Positions 57,791-64,000 of a stretch of DNA of 64,000 bases are shown here, in pieces (positions within the stretch are counted from its first letter, which is position 1; each line of letters starts with the position of its first letter). Source of the DNA: Patescibacteria group bacterium (GTDB lineage Bacteria; Patescibacteriota; Patescibacteriia; UBA10025; JAHIVO01); NCBI GenBank assembly GCA_049325535.1, contig JBMOKY010000001.1:221002-285001 (forward strand), read 5' to 3'. Below the pieces are notes generated by a model. That model saw only the letters and a list, made by a program, of their open reading frames with translations. It was not told where the DNA came from and ran no database searches. The position numbers were made by a program, and so were the translations under genes.

Positions 57791-58087
57791 TTACATGCCC
57801 GGCATATTCAGTCCGCCCATACTTTGCATCTTGTGCGCCATGACCCGTTGCGCTTTTTTGATAGCGTCATTCGTCACCTCGCGCACCGCCTGTTCCAGGT
57901 CGGCTTTCCGGTCAGCGGTCAGGAGCTCCTCGGCGATCTCTACACTCAGCACTTCCTGGTTGCCATCCATCACCATCTGCACTGAACCATGAGCAGCATC
58001 GGCGTGGACCGTTTCTTCGCGCAGGGCGGTTTTGATCTGCTGAGCCTGGTCGCGGAGATGTTTCAGGTCTTTGATCTTATTGAACAT
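57791..58087 (-). CDS. ybaB: YbaB/EbfC nucleoid-associated protein
   Basis: QAQ..K..L, G.V...MDGNQE, A...NDA; adjacent to recR. Confidence 0.9.
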   Translation of the reverse strand: MFNKIKDLKHLRDQAQQIKTALREETVHADAAHGSVQMVMDGNQEVLSVEIAEELLTADRKADLEQAVREVTNDAIKKAQRVMAHKMQSMGGLNMPGM

Positions 58088-58114
58088 ACGGTCAGTACGT
58101 ATTAGATGTTTTTT

Positions 58115-59482
58115 TTAAAATCCAGGGACTTCAGTGACTCGTTTTTCAAAATTACGGAAGCTAACCCGGTTTTCATCAAAATACAATTGGATCTCGCCGG
58201 TCGGACCATTCCGGTGTTTGGCGATGTGTATTTCCGCAATATTTTTTCTGGCCGGGTCGATATCTTTTTTGTAGATAGCCTCACGGTAAATAAATAGTAC
58301 CACATCGGCGTCCTGCTCGATCGAGCCTGATTCGCGCAGGTCGGCCAGTTTGGGGATGGGGGGTGTGCGGGATTCGACCGCGCGTGACAGCTGCGACAGG
58401 GCGATAACCGGGACATTTAGTTCACGGGCGATGGCTTTCAGGGAGCGGGTGATTTCGCTGATTTCCTGCACGCGGTTATCTGTCCCGCTGGTTCCCTGCA
58501 TCAGCTGGAGGTAGTCGATGATAATCAGGCCGAGATTGTGCTCTGATTGTAGTCGTCGGGCTTTGGTGCGGATTTCCATGATATTGGCCGTGGCCGAGTC
58601 GTCGATATAAATAGGAGCTTCTGAGAGGATGCCCATGGCATTGCCGATGCTGGTGAAGTCGTCATCAGAGGACAGCTTACCGCTTCGCATGCGCCAGAGA
58701 TCGACGCCAGCCTCGGCACAGAGGAAGCGATCAATCAGCTGTTCTTTTGACATTTCCAAACTAAAGATCCCGACGGGCACCTGTGATTTAACCGCTACTT
58801 GCCGCACGATATCCAGCGCCAGGGTCGTTTTACCGACCGAAGGGCGAGCGGCCAGAATGATTAAATCTGATTTTTGCAGACCGGCCAGGATGTTGTCCAG
58901 ATCCGCGTATCCCGTGGGGATGCCCCGCAGTTTTCCGGATTCACGGTGAAGTTCATCGATGCGGTCAAATGCTTCAGTCAGGATTGATTTGATGGGAACG
59001 AAATTTTGTTTGAGGTATTTTTGGGACACGCCAAAAATCGACTGTTCAGCTTTGTCGAGCAATTCCTCGATATTATCAGCCTCGTCATAGCCCAGCTCGG
59101 TGATGCGCGCGGCAACATTGAGCAGGCGACGCAACGTGGCTTTCTTCTGAACGATTTGCGCGTAGTTTACTACATGTGATGCGGTTGGTACTGCATTGGC
59201 AAGGGTGGCCAGATATGTGCGACCGCCGATCTGTTCTAATTGTTTATTGCTTTGCAGCTGGTTTGCCAGTGAGAGTACGTCAATCGGTTCCCGCTTTTCA
59301 TAGAGCTGGAGCATCGCCTCAAAGATGTCCCGATGGGCGTCTTTGTAGAAATCGTCAGCGGTAATCACGTCGGCCACCTTGATGATGGCGTCTTTATCGA
59401 TCAACAAAGCCCCGAGTACCGACTGTTCGGCTTCTAGGTTCTGGGGAGGTAGTTTATCGATTGGGGTGGTTTTTTTGGCCAT
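58115..59482 (-). CDS. dnaB: Replicative DNA helicase
   Basis: EAEQSVLG, AARPSVGKT, SLEM, DYLQL, DLRESGSIEQDAD, KHRNG. Confidence 0.98.
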   Translation of the reverse strand: MAKKTTPIDKLPPQNLEAEQSVLGALLIDKDAIIKVADVITADDFYKDAHRDIFEAMLQLYEKREPIDVLSLANQLQSNKQLEQIGGRTYLATLANAVPTASHVVNYAQIVQKKATLRRLLNVAARITELGYDEADNIEELLDKAEQSIFGVSQKYLKQNFVPIKSILTEAFDRIDELHRESGKLRGIPTGYADLDNILAGLQKSDLIILAARPSVGKTTLALDIVRQVAVKSQVPVGIFSLEMSKEQLIDRFLCAEAGVDLWRMRSGKLSSDDDFTSIGNAMGILSEAPIYIDDSATANIMEIRTKARRLQSEHNLGLIIIDYLQLMQGTSGTDNRVQEISEITRSLKAIARELNVPVIALSQLSRAVESRTPPIPKLADLRESGSIEQDADVVLFIYREAIYKKDIDPARKNIAEIHIAKHRNGPTGEIQLYFDENRVSFRNFEKRVTEVPGF

Positions 59483-59599
59483 GGGGGTGTGCTAGATGCG
59501 GCTTTTTCGGTGATATTCAGTGTATCCTGAAATACCCGCCAAAGCAAGCCATATACTACCCACACTTTGTCCACCATTTCCCCGTATCAAATTTTCGCT

Positions 59600-59675
59600 T
59601 GGTGCGCGCAGAGGGATTCGAACCCCCGACCGTTGGCTTAAAAGGCCACTGCTCTACCAACTGAGCTATGCGCGC
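59600..59675 (-). tRNA. tRNA-Lys(TTT), CCA encoded
   Basis: Reverse complement GCGCGCATAGCTCAGTTGGTAGAGCA..CTTTTAA..GGTTCGAATCC..TGCGCGCACCA. Confidence 0.96.
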
Positions 59676-59725
59676 GTATATGAGGAGACAACTTCAGGTT
59701 TTCTCCTCCTCGTCTCTTTCCTAAA

Positions 59726-59830
59726 GTACTCGACTGCCCTGCGGGTCCGCATTCCCATGTCATCACACGTCATTAGTTTGGCAGGAATATCCTCAGTAGG
59801 CAAATCACCCTCGGAGCAGAACGAATATGC
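59726..59830 (-). ncRNA. Candidate ~105-nt structured ncRNA co-transcribed upstream of tRNA-Lys
   Basis: Starts at the predicted TSS; nested stems UAUUCG/CGAGUA, CUGCUC/GGGCAG, GGGU/ACCC and UAUUCC/GGAAUG. Confidence 0.45.
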
Positions 59831-59835
59831 CACGA

Positions 59836-59864
59836 ATAGTAGCAAATCAGCTAGGAAAAGGCAA
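59836..59864 (-). promoter_or_regulatory. Promoter for the ncRNA/tRNA-Lys transcript
   Basis: Minus strand TTGCCT-17nt-TACTAT with TGn. Confidence 0.65.
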
Positions 59865-59929
59865 GCTGTTTGCAAATAATTGGGTTTTATGCTATATTCA
59901 CATCATCTTTTATTGTTAATCAAGAAAAA

Positions 59930-60709
59930 ATGGCGTTTGTACCTGTCCTTATCGTAATCGCTTTGATACTGCTGATTTCAATTCGCCAAATCAATCAGTA
60001 CCAGCGCGGAGTGAAATTTACCATGGGGCGCTATACTTCCACGGTCGAACCGGGGTGGCGTTTGGTGATCCCGATTTTTCAAATGATGCGGAAGGTGGAC
60101 ATGCGGATCATGACCGTTGACGTACCAGACCAGGACGCCATCACCAAGGACAATGTGACTATCAAGTTAAATGCGGTACTGTATTTTAAAGTACGCGACC
60201 CTCGGGCCGCGGTCATCGAGGTGGAGGATTATCAGTATGCCGTTTCGCAGTTGGCGCAGACGACTATGCGTGATGTAGTGGGGGAGATTGAACTCGACCA
60301 CTTATTGGCGCAGCGGGATGAAATATCCAAACGAATAAGAGAAATAGTGGATAAGGCGACAGACCCATGGGGCATACATGTGGTTGGCGTGGAGTTGAAG
60401 CATATTGAATTGCCCGAATCCATGCAGCGGACGATCGCCAAACAGGCGGAAGCGGAGCGTGAACGACGCGCAGTCATCATCAAAGCTGAAGGTGAAGTAT
60501 CTGCGGCAAATAATATGGCGAAAGCTGCCCGGACACTGGCTGAATCGCCTGGTGCACTGCATCTGCGCACACTCCAATCGATTAATGATTTATCATCTGA
60601 TCAATCGAATACCGTCATCTTTGCAGTACCGCTGGAGGTGTTGCGTGCGGTTGAGAGCGTGAACACGTATCTAACCCAAAAGGGATCGTCAACAAATTTA
60701 AAAAAGTAA
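59930..60709 (+). CDS. SPFH/stomatin (slipin) family protein
   Basis: N-terminal TM, VD.R, ITKDNV, AQTT.R..G, PWG, QAEAERERRA; promoter TTGCAA-17nt-TATATT upstream. Confidence 0.93.
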   Translation: MAFVPVLIVIALILLISIRQINQYQRGVKFTMGRYTSTVEPGWRLVIPIFQMMRKVDMRIMTVDVPDQDAITKDNVTIKLNAVLYFKVRDPRAAVIEVEDYQYAVSQLAQTTMRDVVGEIELDHLLAQRDEISKRIREIVDKATDPWGIHVVGVELKHIELPESMQRTIAKQAEAERERRAVIIKAEGEVSAANNMAKAARTLAESPGALHLRTLQSINDLSSDQSNTVIFAVPLEVLRAVESVNTYLTQKGSSTNLKK

Positions 60710-60765
60710 ATCAATACGCTTGACAGTTTTTTACCTGCGTGCTACGGTAATATGAATTTATAAGT

Positions 60766-60858
60766 ATGGAATCAACCGGCGGACAAATATTCATTATTAT
60801 CCTGCTTCTGATCTTCGGTGCTTTTTTCTACTTTTATACCAAGGGTAAATTACAATAA
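60766..60858 (+). CDS. 30-aa single-TM microprotein (not in the ORF track)
   Basis: MESTGGQIFIIILLLIFGAFFYFYTKGKLQ, downstream of TTGACA at 60720. Confidence 0.5.
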   Translation: MESTGGQIFIIILLLIFGAFFYFYTKGKLQ

Positions 60859-60916
60859 TTAATCATTGATTATCTATCATTCTACCTATCCGGTAGGATA
60901 TGAAAGGGGGTGACGT

Positions 60917-61267
60917 ATGAAAAAATTAACAATCATTCTTACTCTGGTTGCTGTGCTCGCTGTGCCGGCTATTGCTTCAGCACAGGTCAATATTGGCAAC
61001 TATGGCGACACGTTTGGTCTCGGAACCGCTGATCTGGAAGCAACGGTGATAAACATCGTTCAATGGGTCTTGGGATTTTTGGGCCTGATCGCCGTCATCA
61101 TGATTCTCTACGGTGGTTTCATCTGGATTACCGCGGGTGGCAATGAAGACAAAGTTGCTTCAGCTAAGAAAATTATTAGCGCCGCTGTCGTTGGCTTAAT
61201 CGTTGTCCTCCTCGCGTGGGCAATTGTGACTTTTGTGGTGAATACCGCAAGCGACGTTACTGCGTAA
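60917..61267 (+). CDS. TrbC/VirB2-like (T4SS-type) CPR pilin
   Basis: Signal peptide ASA|Q, then I..II..LG..G.IAV.MI.YGG..W.TAGG.E.KV..AK..I..A.VGL; 12-nt SD. Confidence 0.85.
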   Translation: MKKLTIILTLVAVLAVPAIASAQVNIGNYGDTFGLGTADLEATVINIVQWVLGFLGLIAVIMILYGGFIWITAGGNEDKVASAKKIISAAVVGLIVVLLAWAIVTFVVNTASDVTA

Positions 61268-61284
61268 TATTTTCTGAAAATACA

Positions 61285-61316
61285 CAAAAACGATCCGTTT
61301 TTCGGGTCGTTTTTGG
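61285..61316 (+). terminator. Intrinsic terminator
   Basis: CAAAAACGATCCG-TTTTT-CGGGTCGTTTTTG. Confidence 0.8.
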
Positions 61317-61343
61317 TATGTATGGTATACTTCATACAGTAGT

Positions 61344-64000
61344 ATGGAGCACTCATATTGCACACAACCGATAGATCGCGTCTTTACCGCCCACCGCACA
61401 TCTGCCGCTGGACTGAGCTCTGCCGAAGCGATAAAACGCGGGTCAGGGTCCCGGCCAAATCAACTGCCTGGCAAAAAACGCTTGTCCGGGTGGCGGATTT
61501 TACTTGCCCAGTTCAAGAGTATATTGATCTATATATTACTCGGCGCGGCGGTCGTCACCTTAATTCTCGATGATCGGCTGGATACCTATGTTATTCTAGC
61601 GGCGGTCGCTGTCAATGTGATTGTTGGGTTTATCCAAGAGTACCGGGCTCAGCGCTCACTTGAGCTGCTCCGTAAAGTAGTGACGCATTATACCGTTGTC
61701 CGCCGCGACGGGAAGCGGCAAACTATCGACGCCACCGAATTGGTAGTGGGGGATGTGGTATATCTGGCCGCTGGGGCAAAAGTTCCGGCCGATGTGCGGC
61801 TGTATAGCGCCACTGAATTACAGATAAATGAATCCAGTTTGACCGGGGAATCAAACCCGATTACTAAAGTGACTGATCCGCTCCCCTCGGCGGTGCTGGT
61901 CGCTGAGCAGCGCAATATGGCATTTATGGGTACGGTGGTGGTCAATGGGTCAGGTGAAGGGGTCGTGGTAGGTATTGGCACCGATACTGAGCTAGGGAAG
62001 ATTGCGACGCTCCTCGCTACCACTGAAGAAGAGTCGACCCCTCTCCAGCAGAAACTCGTCGGACTGGGAAAGCTGCTCGGCTATATCATCTTGGGTGTTG
62101 CCTTTGTGATTTTTATCATCGGGTTAGTGATGGGCTATGAGGTCCGGGCTACATTTGCCACTGCGGTGGCATTAGCCGTCGCGGCCATCCCTGAGGGATT
62201 GGCGGTAGTGGTCACCGTCACCCTGGCCATCGGCATGCAACGGATTCTCAAACATAAGGCGCTGGTGCGGAAACTAGTTGCCGCTGAAACGCTCGGTTCG
62301 ACGTCGGTCATCTGTACCGATAAGACCGGTACGCTGACCGAAGGGGAAATGCAGGTAGTCCGGGTGATCACCTATTCGCGCGAGTTTGATACGCGTACCA
62401 GTCCGGCTCTGGCATCGGCCGATGCGGCTCCGGCACAGAGTTATTTTTTGGCACTCCAAATCGGCGTACTGGCTTCGGACGCCTACATTGAAAATCCGGA
62501 GGAGGCGATAGAACATCGGACGGTAGTCGGCATGCCAACGGAAAAGGCACTCATATTAGTGGCGACGCAGGCGGGAATTGATCTCAATCATGTCCGTGCT
62601 TCACACCCCCGTCGCGCTTTGCTCCCCTTCAATTCCCGCTATAAATACATGGCCAGCCTCAATGATGATCCTGACCATGGTTTGATCCTCAATGTCAAAG
62701 GAGCCCCGGAAATATTGCTCCATCGGGCGGCCAAAGTTGATTTGGATGGTACAGTGAAATCTCTCGATAAAACCATGCGCGATCGGCTTCGCCGCCAATA
62801 CCAGCAGCTGAGCGGACAGGGTTTGCGTCTCCTCGGGCTCGGGTATAAATTCATGAAAAAAACGACCGACACTTTGACTGATGATCCGGCATTGCTGGAT
62901 GATTTAGTTTTTGTCGGCTTTGCAGTGATCAAGGATCCGCTTCGCGCGGATGCCCGCGAAACTATCCAACGGTGCATTCAGGCCGGTATCCGTCCGGTGA
63001 TGCTGACCGGCGACCATCGGTTGACCGCCCGGGCTATTGCCGAGGAAGTGGGGCTGCCGCACCAGGATGACAATATCATTGAAGGCGAGGAATTTGCCAA
63101 ACTGTCCCGGGAAGAACTTATGTCCCGCATCCATACCATTTCCGTCTATGCCCGGGTTACTCCCGAGGATAAGTTACGCATCATCGATGCATGGCAGGAG
63201 CGGGGGGAAGTGGTGGCTATGACGGGTGACGGCGTCAATGACGCCCCCGCTCTCAAATCTGCGGATATCGGCGTGGCGCTGGGATCCGGCACTGATGTTG
63301 CCAAAGAATCGGCTGACATGGTGTTGATAGAAAATAATTTCAGCACTATCGTCCGTGCAGTGGAGCAGGGGCGGATTATTTTTGATAATATCAAGAAGGC
63401 AATATTGTTTCTTTTGTCCGATAGTTTTACTCTGATGTTGCTCGTCACCCTATCACTGTTTTTCCATTGGCCGCTTCCGCTCGTCGCCGTGCAGATACTC
63501 TGGATCAATCTTGTCACTGATTCATTTCCGAGCATCGGATTGACGCTGGAAGCTGGAGAACAGGACATCATGTCGCAGAAACCCGTTTCTCGCACTATGC
63601 CGATTATTGACCGGGAGATGAAAATATTGATCGGGGTGGTCAGCGTGCTCATCGGATTACTCTTACTTGGGTTATTTGCCATGCAACGTGAGCTGACCGG
63701 TGACCTGGATCGGGCCCGCACCACCACCTTTGCCGCCGCGGCCATCGCCACCTTGCTGTACTCCTTTTCCTATCGCAGCATCCGCCATCAGATATGGCAG
63801 CAAAATCCGTTTCGCAATCGCCCGCTGGTGCTGGCGGTCTTGGTTGGGCTGCTGATCCAGCTTCCGGTGATTTATATTCCGGCATTGCAGGGCGTTTTTC
63901 AGACGGTGTCGTTGAATGCCCTTGATTGGCTACTCGCGCTACCGGTTGGTTTGGCTGCAATACTCTGCATTGAAATCATTAAAATGATATTCCGCCATCG
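61344..64000 (+). CDS. P-type ATPase, type IIA (Ca2+-transporting-like); 3'-truncated and absent from the ORF track
   Basis: In-frame TGES, IPEGL, DKTGTLT (62319), [21 protein letters not shown] and WINLVTD. Confidence 0.95.
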   Translation, partial: MEHSYCTQPIDRVFTAHRTSAAGLSSAEAIKRGSGSRPNQLPGKKRLSGWRILLAQFKSILIYILLGAAVVTLILDDRLDTYVILAAVAVNVIVGFIQEYRAQRSLELLRKVVTHYTVVRRDGKRQTIDATELVVGDVVYLAAGAKVPADVRLYSATELQINESSLTGESNPITKVTDPLPSAVLVAEQRNMAFMGTVVVNGSGEGVVVGIGTDTELGKIATLLATTEEESTPLQQKLVGLGKLLGYIILGVAFVIFIIGLVMGYEVRATFATAVALAVAAIPEGLAVVVTVTLAIGMQRILKHKALVRKLVAAETLGSTSVICTDKTGTLTEGEMQVVRVITYSREFDTRTSPALASADAAPAQSYFLALQIGVLASDAYIENPEEAIEHRTVVGMPTEKALILVATQAGIDLNHVRASHPRRALLPFNSRYKYMASLNDDPDHGLILNVKGAPEILLHRAAKVDLDGTVKSLDKTMRDRLRRQYQQLSGQGLRLLGLGYKFMKKTTDTLTDDPALLDDLVFVGFAVIKDPLRADARETIQRCIQAGIRPVMLTGDHRLTARAIAEEVGLPHQDDNIIEGEEFAKLSREELMSRIHTISVYARVTPEDKLRIIDAWQERGEVVAMTGDGVNDAPALKSADIGVALGSGTDVAKESADMVLIENNFSTIVRAVEQGRIIFDNIKKAILFLLSDSFTLMLLVTLSLFFHWPLPLVAVQILWINLVTDSFPSIGLTLEAGEQDIMSQKPVSRTMPIIDREMKILIGVVSVLIGLLLLGLFAMQRELTGDLDRARTTTFAAAAIATLLYSFSYRSIRHQIWQQNPFRNRPLVLAVLVGLLIQLPVIYIPALQGVFQTVSLNALDWLLALPVGLAAILCIEIIKMIFRH

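Noticed and set aside
59740-59812. Hammerhead ribozyme (CUGAGGA followed by a stem)
   Set aside because: The invariant GAAA is replaced by CGGA and there is no proper stem I or NUH site.
61358-63960. Several short ORFs on both strands at the window end
   Set aside because: They are shadows of the P-type ATPase frame, which was omitted from the track because its stop lies outside the window.
1-64000. CRISPR arrays, introns/inteins, transposases, alternative genetic code
   Set aside because: No regularly spaced direct repeats were noticed; dnaB, ligA and the tRNAs are uninterrupted; conserved genes end normally at TGA.

Overview
64-kb chromosomal segment of a Patescibacteria/CPR bacterium, probably Parcubacteria or ABY1-like. 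The taxonomy is inferred from the missing rpmD (L30), CPR-type pilins, a monoderm-style T4P locus and r-protein extensions; TGA is used as stop. From 1 to 19.8 kb is a large type IV pilus locus: a giant secreted protein (5'-truncated), pilM, an unusually long pilN, pilO, an FN3 protein, pilB, a receiver-only protein, pilC, the major pilin behind a structured leader, a GT2 plus O-oligosaccharyltransferase/TPR cassette, two more pilins, pilD and four minor pilins. From 19.8 to 37 kb are ligA, gatCA, a second receiver, ndk, three microprotein units, tRNA-Pro, a CNNM protein, a presenilin-like protease, an Asn-synthetase-like protein, a GNAT, DsbA, a VKOR-RdgB fusion, a 33-aa histone-H1-like peptide missed by the ORF track, cluster-less mutY, uppS, a polyprenyl synthase, rpmB and an S2P protease. 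From 37 to 54.7 kb is the str/S10/spc ribosomal cluster through map. From 54.7 to 64 kb are yqgF, a WecA/TagO transferase, DUF192, rplU, recR-ybaB-dnaB, tRNA-Lys with a structured upstream RNA, an SPFH protein, a VirB2-like pilin and a 3'-truncated P-type ATPase. No CRISPR array, rRNA or mobile element was seen. All family calls come from motifs recognised by eye and no database searches were run.
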